Positions 9,107-18,860 of a stretch of DNA of 64,000 nucleotides are shown one piece after another (within the stretch, counting starts at the first letter, position 1; each line of letters begins with the position of its first letter). The stretch covers positions 2,571 through 66,570 of the forward strand of contig DASWCW010000273.1 in the NCBI GenBank assembly GCA_036395835.1, read 5' to 3'. Origin of the DNA: Xanthobacteraceae bacterium. GTDB taxonomy: Bacteria; Pseudomonadota; Alphaproteobacteria; Rhizobiales; Xanthobacteraceae. The position numbers and the translations under genes are program-made. The notes below the pieces were generated by a model. That model was not told the origin of the DNA and did no database searches. It saw only the letters and a list, made by a program, of their open reading frames with translations.

Positions 9107-9532
9107 TTATTGGGTCGACCTGTTCTTGAGCAGATCGCGAATTTCCGTCAGCAGCACTTCCTGACGCGATGGAGGCGGCGCGGCGGCCGGCTCTGCCGTT
9201 TCGAGCCGCTTCAAGCGGTTCATCAGCCGCGCGACCAGGAACATCACCCAGGCGATGATCACGAAGTTGATCACGATGGTGAAGAAATTTCCCCAGGCCA
9301 GAACTGCGCCTTGCTTTTTGGCTTCGGCAAGTGTGGTTGCGCTCACGCGGCCGGAGAGGGCGGCGAAATAATTGGAGAAGTCGAGGCCGCCGGAAACCGC
9401 GCCGACGACCGGCATGAAGAGATCGCCGACGAGGGATTCCACGATCTTGCCGAATGCGGCGCCGATGATGACACCGACCGCCAAGTCCACGACGTTGCCG
9501 CGCAACGCAAATTCCCGGAACTCCTTGAGCAT
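9107..9532 (-). CDS. mscL: large-conductance mechanosensitive channel
   Basis: 141 aa. [31 protein letters not shown]... is the canonical MscL N-terminus. Confidence 0.95.
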   Translation of the reverse strand: MLKEFREFALRGNVVDLAVGVIIGAAFGKIVESLVGDLFMPVVGAVSGGLDFSNYFAALSGRVSATTLAEAKKQGAVLAWGNFFTIVINFVIIAWVMFLVARLMNRLKRLETAEPAAAPPPSRQEVLLTEIRDLLKNRSTQ

Positions 9533-9586
9533 CGGCTCCTCCGATCTGTCGCCACGCTCCTCGCCAGCGCGGTCAAGCGGCGCGCT

Positions 9587-10048
9587 TCATTGCTTTCGCT
9601 CGTGCCCGCACAGGTGCGTCTCGATCTCGGAGATCGGAAGTTTCACGTAGTCCTTCTCGAGCTCGGCCCGGATCGCTTCGCGCAGATGCGGCGAATACGC
9701 CTGCCGGATCATTCCCAGCGCCCGGGGCGGCGCCACCATGATGAGGCTCTCGACCTCGCCGGCGGTAACGGCGGTATCGAGCCGGCTCGCGAGAGTTTTG
9801 AGAAAATTTCGTTCCGATTGATCGTGCCAATCGGTCTGTTCTATCGCGCTGCGCATGCCGCCCACGGAGGCGAAGGCCCGGCCGGGCACGTCGCTGCCCT
9901 GCTCGTGGGTTGCGGCATGCTTCTGCTCGTAGGTCTCTCGGGTTCGCAGGTTGGGGAACCGAGCGTCTCCGGCATTCTCCAGGATGAGCGCCTTGCCCCC
10001 GTCGCAGACCACGACCCATTCGCCGCTTGCGATCTTCAGATCCGGCAT
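9587..10048 (-). CDS. host attachment protein family protein
   Basis: The ATG at 10048 is preceded by AGGAGA. MPDLKIASGEWVVVCDGGKALILENAG...LIMVAPPRALGMIRQ fits my recollection of the host-attachment (Hap) family. It is probably co-transcribed with mscL. Confidence 0.75.
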   Translation of the reverse strand: MPDLKIASGEWVVVCDGGKALILENAGDARFPNLRTRETYEQKHAATHEQGSDVPGRAFASVGGMRSAIEQTDWHDQSERNFLKTLASRLDTAVTAGEVESLIMVAPPRALGMIRQAYSPHLREAIRAELEKDYVKLPISEIETHLCGHERKQ

Positions 10049-10163
10049 CGAATTCTCCTGTTCCGGCGCGATCCTGCCGCACAACGCCGGGCGGGCGAGG
10101 TCGGTTGCCCGATCGCGCCGCGACCGGACGGAACGGAATGCGGAGCATGCGACGGATTTCCCC

Positions 10164-10188
10164 GGAACTTGGTGCCGGCTTTGGCGTT
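10164..10188 (+). promoter_or_regulatory. EcfG/general-stress-type promoter motif GGAAC-N16-CGTT upstream of the ECF sigma gene
   Basis: GGAAC 10164-10168, 16-nt spacer, CGTT 10185-10188. Confidence 0.65.
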
Positions 10189-10388
10189 TGCCGAGGAGTG
10201 TTCGCGCGGTCGCCTCGGGCTCGCGCCGGCGGAACCGAAGCAAGCCTCGTGGTCTCGCCGCGGAGGATTGGCCCGCCGGGTGCGGCAAGCGACCGCACCG
10301 ATCCGTCGACCGTCAGCTGCCCGCAAACTTCGGTGATCCGCCTCCAACAGCGCGATGCGAATCCAGCAACCAGGTCTCGGAATCGCCG

Positions 10389-11090
10389 ATGAGTAACGGC
10401 AAAAAGCACCGCGCGGCATTTCACGCCGGGGACGCGCGCGAGCAGCGTGGGGCCGCGCGGGACGCGCATCTCAGGCCGTCGTCGCGCGATCCGCGCGTGC
10501 AGGCCGGCCGAATGGCTCAACTCCGGACGGCCCCGCCCCGGGGCGACCAGCTCGACGACGCGATGCGGGAAGCCATGCTCGGCGCGGTCCCGCGCCTGCG
10601 TGCTTTCGCCATCTCTCTGTGCGGAAGCGTCGACAAAGCCGACGACCTCGTGCAGGAGACACTGCTGCGCGCGCTTTCCCACATCGACCAGTTCGAGCCT
10701 GGCACCAACATGCCGGCATGGCTCTTCACGATTCTCCGCAACCTGTTTCGATCCGACTATCGCAAGCGCCGCCGCGAGGTCGAGGACGACGACGGCTCTT
10801 ATGCGGAGACCCTCAAATCGCAGCCCGAGCAGGCCGGCCGCCTGGAGTTCGAGGAGCTTCCCGGCGCACTCGCCAAGCTGCCCCCGGATCAGCGCGAAGC
10901 CTTGATCCTGGTTGGAGCTTCGGGCCTTTCCTATGAGGAGGCGGCGCAGATCTGCGGCTGCCCGATCGGAACGATCAAAAGCCGCGTCAATCGCGCGCGA
11001 GGAAGGCTGGCGGAGCTGTTGTCGATCGAAAGCGTCGATGACCTCGGACCCGATCAGACCATGCGCGCGGTGCTCATGAACGAGTGTTAG
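10389..11090 (+). CDS. ECF-type RNA polymerase sigma factor, EcfG-like (ECF15-like)
   Basis: Region 2 is DDLVQETLLRALSHIDQFEPGTNMPAWLFTILRNLFRSDYRKRRRE. Region 4 is LPPDQREALILVGASGLSYEEAAQICGCPIGTIKSRVNRAR. The start is uncertain: ATG at 10389 (high GC3 from here), 10512 or 10563. The stop at 11090 is firm. Confidence 0.85.
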   Translation: MSNGKKHRAAFHAGDAREQRGAARDAHLRPSSRDPRVQAGRMAQLRTAPPRGDQLDDAMREAMLGAVPRLRAFAISLCGSVDKADDLVQETLLRALSHIDQFEPGTNMPAWLFTILRNLFRSDYRKRRREVEDDDGSYAETLKSQPEQAGRLEFEELPGALAKLPPDQREALILVGASGLSYEEAAQICGCPIGTIKSRVNRARGRLAELLSIESVDDLGPDQTMRAVLMNEC

Positions 11091-11163
11091 ATTTCGTTCC
11101 TGTGCGGCAGGCGCGGGTGAAAGCACGCAGGCCCGTGGGGGCCGTTGGTACGGACGTTTACGC

Positions 11164-11595
11164 ATGAGCCAATCCGATCGACCGGCGGACCCCGGACCCG
11201 ATTTGTCGATCGCCACCGACAAAGTGTGTTTCATCGTCGTCAAGGCGCGCGAGTTCGACGCCAAGGATCTGGTGACCGAACCGGATCCCGGCTCGAATCC
11301 CACCGACGATCGCATGATCGCCATTCTCGAGGATCACAAGGACGATCTCGTGTACCGCGAGGTCGCGGCTTTCATCGGCGCCTTGAGCGAGGACGAGCAG
11401 ATCGATCTCGTCGCCTTGGCCTGGCTCGGCCGTGGCGACGGCACGATCGAGGATTGGCCCGAGCTGCGCGCCCAGGCAGCGAGCGAGCACAACCGGCGAA
11501 CGGCGCGGTACCTGCTGGGGCTGCCGTTGTTGGCGGACCATCTCGAGGAAGCCCTGTCGCTGTTCGGCAGGTCGTGCGAATCCTACGAGGCTTGA
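11164..11595 (+). CDS. DUF3775 domain protein (acidic)
   Basis: 143 aa. KVCFIVVKAREFDAK...EDEQIDLVALAWLGRGD...RYLLGLPLLADHLEEAL matches my recollection of DUF3775. It starts 73 nt downstream of the sigma gene. Confidence 0.75.
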   Translation: MSQSDRPADPGPDLSIATDKVCFIVVKAREFDAKDLVTEPDPGSNPTDDRMIAILEDHKDDLVYREVAAFIGALSEDEQIDLVALAWLGRGDGTIEDWPELRAQAASEHNRRTARYLLGLPLLADHLEEALSLFGRSCESYEA

Positions 11596-11756
11596 GCCGC
11601 GCGGCCGCGGTTGGCTTCATCCCCCGCACGGCCGCTGGTCCCCGGCCATATTCTCGCTGCCGCAACCGCATTTGCGCGAAACGGATTCGGGATAGACTGC
11701 TGCGCCTTGGTCGCCTCGATCGCCGATCGAACCTTGAGCAGGATTAAGAGGTCGGT

Positions 11757-12422
11757 TTGTTCCACGCCGCCGCGCCGCCCCACCTGCTCTCGGACTACGG
11801 CTATTGGGCGATTGCCGGAATCGTCGGGCTCGAAGGCCTCGGCATGCCGATTCCGGGCGAGACCACCCTGATCCTCGCCGCCATCTATGCGGGCTCGACC
11901 CATCAACTCGACATAAGGTTGGTCATCGCGGCCGCCGCGGCCGGCTCCGTCGTCGGCAGCGTCGTCGCGTTCTGGATCGGCCGGGAGATCGGCTATCCGA
12001 TGTTGCTCCGCTACGGCCACTACGTCCGCCTGACCGAACGCAAGATCAGGATCGGGCAATATCTGTTTTGGCGTCACGGCGGCAAGATCGTGTTCTTCGG
12101 CCGGTTTGTCCCGCTGCTTCGCATGCTTGCCGCCCTGCTCGCCGGGGCCAATCGCATGTCGTGGCCGCGCTTCCTACTGTTCAATACGGCGGGCAGCATC
12201 CTGTGGACCTGCGTGTACGGCCTGGGAGCGTATTATCTCGGCCAGGAGGCGAGCCGATGGGCGGCACCGTTCGAGGTCGGTTTGGCAGCGGTGGTGCTGG
12301 TCATCATCGTGGGCGGGGCAATCCTGCTGCGCCGCCGGGAGGCGCATCTGGCCCAGGCGGCGGAACTCGCACTGCCCGGTCCGCTGCAAGACCCCCGCCG
12401 CGCGCGATCGGTCGATCGCTGA
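11757..12422 (+). CDS. DedA family membrane protein
   Basis: 221 aa. GYWAIAGIVGLEGLGMPIPGETTLILAA and FFGRFVPLLRMLAALLAG are DedA/SNARE-associated motifs. TTG start is preceded by AAGAGG. Confidence 0.88.
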   Translation: MFHAAAPPHLLSDYGYWAIAGIVGLEGLGMPIPGETTLILAAIYAGSTHQLDIRLVIAAAAAGSVVGSVVAFWIGREIGYPMLLRYGHYVRLTERKIRIGQYLFWRHGGKIVFFGRFVPLLRMLAALLAGANRMSWPRFLLFNTAGSILWTCVYGLGAYYLGQEASRWAAPFEVGLAAVVLVIIVGGAILLRRREAHLAQAAELALPGPLQDPRRARSVDR

Positions 12423-12523
12423 TCATCTGCGAACGCTCGTCCCTCGCATCAGGACCATGGATGTCGTAGCGTTCGGGCCGGACCAGCCGCGCTTGCGACA
12501 ACCGGCGGGAACCGCGGGAGGAA

Positions 12524-13897
12524 ATGAAGATGGGCCGGACTCTCATCAAGGGCGGCGCCGTCGTGACCATGGATCGCCGGATCGCGGACCTTCCGGCTGG
12601 CGACGTACTGATCGATAACGATCGCATCGCGGCGATCGCCCCGCAGATTCCGGCGCCGGACGGTGCGCAAATCATCGACGCTGCCGATTGCATCGTATTG
12701 CCGGGACTGATCAACGCCCATGTCCACACCTGGCAGAGCGCGCTGCGCGGCATCGCCGGCGATTGGACGGTGGCGAAATACATGGCCACCATGCATCGCG
12801 GCCTGGCAACGCTGTTCCGCCCCGAGGACCTCTATATCGCCAACCTGATGGGCGCGCTGAACCAGATTCATTGCGGCTCGACCACACTGGCCGACTGGTG
12901 CCACAACAATCCGACCCCGGAGTATACCGATGCGGCCATCGACGGCTTGGCGGAATCCGGCATCCGCGCCGCATTCCTGCACGGCTCGCCCAAGCCGGAC
13001 CCGAAGCCCGGACAAAAGCCCTTCAGCGAAATTCCGATGCCGCGTTCCGAGGTCGAGCGCCTGTGCAAAGGCCGCTTCGCGAGCCGCGATGGGCTGCTCA
13101 CCTTCGGGCTTGCCATCCTCGGCCCGTATTACTCGATTTACGAGGTGACGCGGCAGGATGTCGAGCTTGCTCGCGAGTTCGACCTCTTGGCCAGCATGCA
13201 CGTCGGCGGCGGCGTGCCGATTGCTGCCGGCGGATTCGAGCGCCTCGCGCGGGAAGGCTTGATTCGCGGCAAGTTCAACGTCGTGCATGGCAATGATTTG
13301 TCGGCGCAGGTGATCCGCGTCGTCACCGATCGCGGCGGCATGTTCACCGTCACGGCCGAGATCGAGCTGCAGATGGGCTACGGCGATCCGCTCACCGGCC
13401 AGCTCATCGCGTTGGACTCGCCGGTCTCGATCGGCTCCGACGTCGAACCGGCGACGCGCGGCGATCTGTTCGCGGCGATGCGCATCACGCTGCAGCACGA
13501 GCGCAACCGCCGCACGATGGAAATCCTTGCGCAGGCGGGGAGCCGGCCGGAAGCGATCCCGGTCACCTGTCGCCAAGCGCTGGAGTGGGCCACCATCAAC
13601 GGCGCCAAAATGCTCGGTCTCGATGACCGCATCGGTTCGCTTGCGCCCGGCAAGCAGGCCGACGTGATCCTATTGCGCGCCGGAGATCTCAACCTGTTTC
13701 CGGTCCACGACCCCGTTGCTTCCGCGGTGATGCAGGGCGGCGTGGCCAATGTCGACACTGTCCTGATTGCCGGCCGTATCGTGAAGCGGGCGGGAAAGCT
13801 GCTGTATTCCAACGTCGAACAGAAAAAATCCGCGCTGCGGCGCTCCGGCGAGCGAATCCTGAGCGATTTCGGGCTCGAGCCGCAGCGCGCAGCTTGA
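12524..13897 (+). CDS. amidohydrolase family protein (chlorohydrolase/deaminase-like)
   Basis: 457 aa. Metal-binding HxH motif in LPGLINAHVHTW and amidohydrolase-fold sequence throughout. The true start may be the second ATG at 12530, which has better RBS spacing. Confidence 0.85.
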   Translation: MKMGRTLIKGGAVVTMDRRIADLPAGDVLIDNDRIAAIAPQIPAPDGAQIIDAADCIVLPGLINAHVHTWQSALRGIAGDWTVAKYMATMHRGLATLFRPEDLYIANLMGALNQIHCGSTTLADWCHNNPTPEYTDAAIDGLAESGIRAAFLHGSPKPDPKPGQKPFSEIPMPRSEVERLCKGRFASRDGLLTFGLAILGPYYSIYEVTRQDVELAREFDLLASMHVGGGVPIAAGGFERLAREGLIRGKFNVVHGNDLSAQVIRVVTDRGGMFTVTAEIELQMGYGDPLTGQLIALDSPVSIGSDVEPATRGDLFAAMRITLQHERNRRTMEILAQAGSRPEAIPVTCRQALEWATINGAKMLGLDDRIGSLAPGKQADVILLRAGDLNLFPVHDPVASAVMQGGVANVDTVLIAGRIVKRAGKLLYSNVEQKKSALRRSGERILSDFGLEPQRAA

Positions 13898-14018
13898 AGC
13901 GAGCGGTTCCTTCCAGGGTTCGCGATTCAGCTTGGTTCGAACATGCGCCAATTTTTCCCGCTGGGCGGATAGCCTGCGGGTGAATTGGCCGGTATAAAGC
14001 CGACCGAATGGGGAAGGG

Positions 14019-14648
14019 ATGACGCGGGTTCCTCGAAGACTTACGGTATGGCTCTGTGCCTGGGGGCTGCTGGCGACCGGGATTCCCGGCGCGCAGGCGC
14101 AGCCGCATCGTCCCATGGGCCTGGAGGCCGATGAATTGCCGCTACCGGAGCAGCCCGGCGTCGTGCCGGATCCGGACGAGGAGCGGCTGCCCGCGGCGTA
14201 CCAGCGACAGCTGGTGTTCTTCCGCACCGCGGAGCCGCCCGGAACCATCATCATCAGCACATCCGAACGCTTTCTCTATCTCGTGCAGGGCAATAACCGG
14301 GCGCTGCGCTACGGCATCGGAGTTGGCCGTGACGGCTTCCAATGGTCGGGCCTGCTTCGCATCTCGCGCAAGGCGGAATGGCCCGATTGGATTCCTCCGC
14401 CGGAGATGATCGACCGCCAGCCGTATCTGCCGCGGTTCATGGCCGGGGGGCCGGGCAATCCGCTCGGCGCGCGCGCGCTTTATCTCGGCAACACGGTCTA
14501 CCGCATCCACGGCACCAATCAGCCGCAGACCATCGGGCATGCGGTGTCATCGGGCTGCTTCCGGCTCGTGAACGGCGACGTCGTCGATCTCTACGACCGG
14601 GTTCCGGTCGGCACCAAGGTCATCGTGCGCCAGAATCCGGAATTGTAG
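14019..14648 (+). CDS. L,D-transpeptidase (YkuD domain)
   Basis: Signal peptide plus the YkuD catalytic motif HGTNQPQTIGHAVSSGCFRL. Confidence 0.9.
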   Translation: MTRVPRRLTVWLCAWGLLATGIPGAQAQPHRPMGLEADELPLPEQPGVVPDPDEERLPAAYQRQLVFFRTAEPPGTIIISTSERFLYLVQGNNRALRYGIGVGRDGFQWSGLLRISRKAEWPDWIPPPEMIDRQPYLPRFMAGGPGNPLGARALYLGNTVYRIHGTNQPQTIGHAVSSGCFRLVNGDVVDLYDRVPVGTKVIVRQNPEL

Positions 14649-14658
14649 GGCAGGGGCC

Positions 14659-15792
14659 ATGCCGACCGACTTGCCGAAGCCGAGCTTCCCCGCGGTGCTG
14701 CCGGGAGCCGCCTGCACTCGGCTTCCTTTGCCGGCTGCCCCCGGGGCTCGTTTGCTGCGGAGCTTTCGGCCCCGGCTCGTCCTTTGGGCATCTCTCCTCG
14801 TCGTGCTTGGATCGGCTCTAGGGACGGCGGCGCCCGCTGCCGCACAAACGCTCAAGGCTGTCCGGGAAAGAGGCGAGCTTGTCTGCGGCGTAAGCCGTGG
14901 CCTGCTCGGCTTCTCCAGCGTGGACGAGAAGGGCAACTGGAGCGGCTTCGATGTCGATCTGTGCCGCGCCATCGCGGCGGCGATTTTCGAGGATGCGGGC
15001 AAGGTAAAATTCGTTCCGCTCGATGCCGCCACGCGGTTTGCCGCGCTGAAATCCGGCGATATCGACGTGCTCTCGCGCAATTCGACGTGGACGATGTCGC
15101 GCGAGACTTCGTTCGGGCTGATCTTCGCGGCGATCACCTATTACGATGGACAAGGGTTTCTGGTCCGCAAGACGCTCAATGTCGAGTCCGCGCTCGATCT
15201 CGACGGAAAGTCGTTTTGCTTGCAGACCGGAACGACCGGCGAGCTCAATGTCGCCGACTATTTCCGTGCCAACAACATGACCTATTCGCCGGTCGAGTTC
15301 GCCAGTCTGGACGAGATCCTCAAGGCCTATGACAGTGGCCGTTGCGACGTATTCGCCACCGACGTCTCCCAGCTTCATGCGGAGAGGCTCAGGCTCACCA
15401 AGCCGGAGGAGCACGTCATCCTGCCCGACGTCATCTCCAAGGAACCGCTCGGTCCGGTGGTGCGGCAAGGCGACGACCAGTGGTTCACCATCGTGAAATG
15501 GACGCATTTCGCCATGGTCAATGCCGAAGAGCTCGGGGTCAGCTCCACGACCATCGACCGCGCCCTGAAGTCGGAGAAGCCGGAGGTGAAACGGCTGGTC
15601 GGCACGGCGGGAGATTTCGGCCAGCAGGCGGGGCTGAGCAACGATTGGGCGGCCCGGGTCATCCGGCTGGTCGGCAATTACGGCGAAATATTCGAACGCA
15701 ATATCGGCACGAAATCGCCGCTCGGCATTCCGCGCGGCCTCAATCACCTCTGGACCATGGGCGGCATCCAGTACGCTCCGCCGATCCGGTGA
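14659..15792 (+). CDS. amino acid ABC transporter substrate-binding protein (AapJ/BztA-like), orphan
   Basis: 377 aa. Signal peptide, then TLKAVRERGELVCGV...DVDLCRAIAAAIF...DVLSRNSTWT, typical of polar amino-acid binding proteins. No permease or ATPase gene is adjacent. Confidence 0.85.
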   Translation: MPTDLPKPSFPAVLPGAACTRLPLPAAPGARLLRSFRPRLVLWASLLVVLGSALGTAAPAAAQTLKAVRERGELVCGVSRGLLGFSSVDEKGNWSGFDVDLCRAIAAAIFEDAGKVKFVPLDAATRFAALKSGDIDVLSRNSTWTMSRETSFGLIFAAITYYDGQGFLVRKTLNVESALDLDGKSFCLQTGTTGELNVADYFRANNMTYSPVEFASLDEILKAYDSGRCDVFATDVSQLHAERLRLTKPEEHVILPDVISKEPLGPVVRQGDDQWFTIVKWTHFAMVNAEELGVSSTTIDRALKSEKPEVKRLVGTAGDFGQQAGLSNDWAARVIRLVGNYGEIFERNIGTKSPLGIPRGLNHLWTMGGIQYAPPIR

Positions 15793-15832
15793 CGCTCGGG
15801 TGGAAATTCCGGTGCCGGGCTAGCGTCTGCGC

Positions 15833-15858
15833 GGAACCTCTTCCCCAAAACCGCCGTT
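15833..15858 (+). promoter_or_regulatory. EcfG/general-stress-type promoter motif GGAAC-N17-CGTT
   Basis: GGAAC 15833-15837, 17-nt spacer, CGTT 15855-15858. It lies 65 nt upstream of the PBP ATG at 15923. Confidence 0.6.
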
Positions 15859-15922
15859 TATAAGGATTAATTCACCAGAGCGGGCGCACCCTGCGGGACA
15901 GCCCCCTTCCTTTCCGGCCCCC

Positions 15923-18847
15923 ATGAATGCGATCCTGGTCAAGATTTTCGCCACGGCCCTTGCGCTCAGCCAGGTGACCACCGAGCCGGGAGCGATCAAG
16001 ACGCAGTTCGACCCGGTGCGGGACCAAGGGGAAGTGGTGCGGATTCTGCGCGCGGGCTGCGCCCACATCCGCAAGGCCTTCGACATCGAGGACATCAACG
16101 TCGATGAGCTCATCACTACCGCGATGGACGATCCGCAGGCCTTGGGCGGGGGCATCAAAGCTCTGCATGGACTGAAGTTCGAGGACCTGTTCACGGCATA
16201 CCGGCAGTTTTGCAAGAACGAGGCCGTGGACAATCCATCCGTCGACATCGGCGAGGTCATCGCGTTTTACGACAAGGCGGCGGCCGATCTCCCCGACGAG
16301 ACCAAGCTCAAGAGCCTAAAACCTCGCGGGATGAGCGTGGTGCTCGATCGCAGCAAGAACCGTTTCGCCGATTTGGCCGCGCCCGATCAGCGGCGCCTTC
16401 CCGTGCCGCTGAGCGATATCCCCGAGCTTGTCCGGCGAGCCTTCGTCTCGGCGGAGGACAAGCGTTTTTTCCAGCACAAGGGGATCGACGAGCGGGGGAT
16501 GGTACGGGCGTTCCTGGGGAATCTCGCGGAACCCGGACGGCCGCAGGGCGGATCGACCATCACCCAGCAGGTAGCCAAGAATCTGCTGGTCGGAGATGAC
16601 GTTACCTACGAGCGCAAGATCCGCGAGATCCTGGTCGCATCCCGACTCGAGCGCGTGCTCGGCAAGCCGGAGATCCTGACGCTCTATCTCAATTCGATCT
16701 ATCTCGGTCGCGGATCGTGGGGCATCGAGATGGCGGCGCGGAGCTATTTCGGCAAGCCCGCCGCCGAGCTTACCCTGGCCGAGTGTGCGCTTCTGGCCGG
16801 TCTGACCAAGGGGCCGAATTATTTCAGCCCCGACCGCCATCCGGATCGAGCGCGGGAGCGCATGGGCTACGTGCTCAGCAGGATGCAGGAAGACCGCGTG
16901 ATCGACGCCGAACAGATGCGGCAGGCGATGGGCACGCCCCCGCCGCAAGTGGTCGCCTACGAACGCGCCCGCCGTGACAGCGGGTTCTACTTCGTCGATC
17001 ACCTCGGCCGTGAAGCCAAGACCGCGGCCGGCATCGATATCCTCGCGGGATCGTCGTACACGATTCATTCGACCATTCATGTCGGCCTGCAGCGTGCGAC
17101 CGAGGCTGCGCTGCAGGAGGGTCTCGCGGCCTATGAGCTCAAGGCCGGTCGCGCGCGTTTCAGCGGACCCGAGGCGAATCTGGCCGATGCGATCCAGCGC
17201 ATCGAGCGCGATGCGGCAAACATGGATCGACGCGAGGCGACGCAGCCGCTGCAACCGCAGACGCCGGCGTGGCAGCAGGCGCTGCAGTCGGCACGTCTGC
17301 CGCTCTACGACGTGCACTGGCCCGCGGCGGTCGTGGTCGCCATGCCGGGCAGCAAGAACGCCGGCGTTCGGGTCGGCTTGGCCGACGGGCGCGTTCTGCC
17401 GCTCGCGAGCCCGAACGCCGCGGTTCGCCGCGCGCTGAAACTCCACGACGTGATCTTTGTGCAAGTGATCGAAGCCAATGGAAAATCGCCGGCGCGGGCG
17501 GAACTGCGGGTGCCGCCGACGGTCCAGGGCGCCGCCCTGGTGCTCGAGAACAAGACCGGCCGCATCCTCGCCATGGCCGGTGGATTCTCCTATCCGCTGA
17601 GCCAGCTCAACCGCACCGCGCAGATGCGGCGCCAGCCGGGCTCGGCGCTCAAGCCGATCACCTACCTGGCCGCGCTCGAGGCCGGCTTGCAGCCCAATAC
17701 CCTGGTGCTCGACGAGCCGATCACGTTTGCGCCGCTCGGAAACGCGGCCTACGCGCGTGAACGCGATTATTGGTCGCCGAGGAATTACGACCGCGGCAGC
17801 TCCGGCGTGGTCACGCTGCGCCGGGCGCTCGAAAATTCGAAGAACCGGGTCACCGCACGGCTGCTCGACGGCGGCATCAAGCGCAGCCCCGAGGAAAGTT
17901 TGGATCGTGTCTGCGAGATCGCCATGGAGGCCCAGCTCTACGGCGAATGCGTGCGCTATTATCCTTTTGTGCTGGGCGCACAGCCGGTGCGAATGATGGA
18001 TCTGGCCGCCTTTTACGCCGCGATTGCCAACGAGGGCGCGCGCCCGTCCCCGCACGCGATCGATTCCATCGAGCAGAACGATTTGGTCGTCTATCGGCAC
18101 GAGGCTCCGCCGGCATGGATCGGCTCCGCCGATCCCGGCACTTTCTATCAGTTGAAGACCATGCTGCAGGGCGTCGTCGAACGCGGCACTGCGCGTCCGA
18201 TCCGGCAGCTTGCGCCCTACGTGGCGGGAAAGACCGGCACTTCGGAGAACGAGAACGATGCCTGGTTCGTCGGGTTTTCCAACGAGGTCACGATTGCGGT
18301 GTGGGTGGGCTATGACAATGCCGGCAACAAGCGGCGGACGCTCGGCGGCGGCGAGACCGGTGGCAAGGTGGCGGTTCCGATCTTCGAATCGATCATGCAA
18401 GCGGTATGGTCGGAATACGCGCCGCGCACATTTCTGAGCCCGCCGTCACCCCGGGCGCGTGGTCAGCTCGTCGATCTGCCGGTCGATCTGACCACCGGCA
18501 ATCGGCTCGCCTCCGGCAGCCCGAGAGCTTTCGTCGAGCATTTCCACCTCGATCGGCAAGGGCAGCTCGAAGATACGCAGTTCCGTCTGGTTTCCCGCGG
18601 CGGGATTTATGCCTATCGCGACGGCGACATATTCGGCGAAACCGAGCGGCCGTCCGGCTGGACCTATCCGCCGGGCTGGCCCTATGACAACGGCGCCGCT
18701 TCGCCGCCGTCGCCCTGGCGGGTGCCGCCGCGACCGCGGCTGTCGCCCTGGGGCGGATTGTTCGGCGATCCCTACCGGTGGAACGACGCCCGGCCGCGCC
18801 CGCGCCGCGTCGATCCCGACTATTTCTGGAATCGCCGCGGTTTCTGA
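15923..18847 (+). CDS. class A penicillin-binding protein (GT51 transglycosylase + transpeptidase) with atypical N- and C-terminal extensions
   Basis: 974 aa. GT51 motif SAEDKRFFQHKGID. Transpeptidase motifs SALKP (SxxK), ENSKN (SxN) and KTGT. A domain of about 170 aa precedes GT51, and the C-terminal tail is Trp/Pro-rich. Confidence 0.9.
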   Translation: MNAILVKIFATALALSQVTTEPGAIKTQFDPVRDQGEVVRILRAGCAHIRKAFDIEDINVDELITTAMDDPQALGGGIKALHGLKFEDLFTAYRQFCKNEAVDNPSVDIGEVIAFYDKAAADLPDETKLKSLKPRGMSVVLDRSKNRFADLAAPDQRRLPVPLSDIPELVRRAFVSAEDKRFFQHKGIDERGMVRAFLGNLAEPGRPQGGSTITQQVAKNLLVGDDVTYERKIREILVASRLERVLGKPEILTLYLNSIYLGRGSWGIEMAARSYFGKPAAELTLAECALLAGLTKGPNYFSPDRHPDRARERMGYVLSRMQEDRVIDAEQMRQAMGTPPPQVVAYERARRDSGFYFVDHLGREAKTAAGIDILAGSSYTIHSTIHVGLQRATEAALQEGLAAYELKAGRARFSGPEANLADAIQRIERDAANMDRREATQPLQPQTPAWQQALQSARLPLYDVHWPAAVVVAMPGSKNAGVRVGLADGRVLPLASPNAAVRRALKLHDVIFVQVIEANGKSPARAELRVPPTVQGAALVLENKTGRILAMAGGFSYPLSQLNRTAQMRRQPGSALKPITYLAALEAGLQPNTLVLDEPITFAPLGNAAYARERDYWSPRNYDRGSSGVVTLRRALENSKNRVTARLLDGGIKRSPEESLDRVCEIAMEAQLYGECVRYYPFVLGAQPVRMMDLAAFYAAIANEGARPSPHAIDSIEQNDLVVYRHEAPPAWIGSADPGTFYQLKTMLQGVVERGTARPIRQLAPYVAGKTGTSENENDAWFVGFSNEVTIAVWVGYDNAGNKRRTLGGGETGGKVAVPIFESIMQAVWSEYAPRTFLSPPSPRARGQLVDLPVDLTTGNRLASGSPRAFVEHFHLDRQGQLEDTQFRLVSRGGIYAYRDGDIFGETERPSGWTYPPGWPYDNGAASPPSPWRVPPRPRLSPWGGLFGDPYRWNDARPRPRRVDPDYFWNRRGF

Positions 18848-18860
18848 CGGGAGGGCGTGG

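Noticed and set aside
10189-10560. Search for a NepR-like anti-sigma ORF, or phyR, next to the EcfG-like sigma gene
   Set aside because: None of the three forward frames between the promoter and the sigma core encodes a NepR-like peptide; there is no ...L..VYD......P..F..LL..L-type motif. No receiver-sigma-like PhyR gene is in the window. The sigma is therefore treated as an orphan paralog.
9573-11324. Long ORFs antisense to, or out of frame with, recognised genes. Examples: 9573-11324(-), 5479-6774(-), 7409-9013(-), 16316-18400(-), 18393-19643(-), 23390-25135(+), 25738-27222(+), 27910-29400(+), 31677-33074(+), 33778-34977(+), 42298-43761(-), 43836-45443(-), 46619-47890(-), 47771-49222(+), 52921-54966(+), 59152-60597(-), 60474-61883(-)
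   Set aside because: All overlap genes with clear family motifs on the other strand or frame. All have the Arg/Ala/Gly/Pro-dominated composition expected of non-coding frames in GC-rich DNA, and none shows a recognisable domain motif.
13931-13945. tRNA T-arm-like strings: GGTTCGAAC at 13934-13942 and GGGTTCGATT at 27441-27450
   Set aside because: The flanking sequence cannot form acceptor, D or anticodon stems. No tRNA cloverleaf can be drawn.
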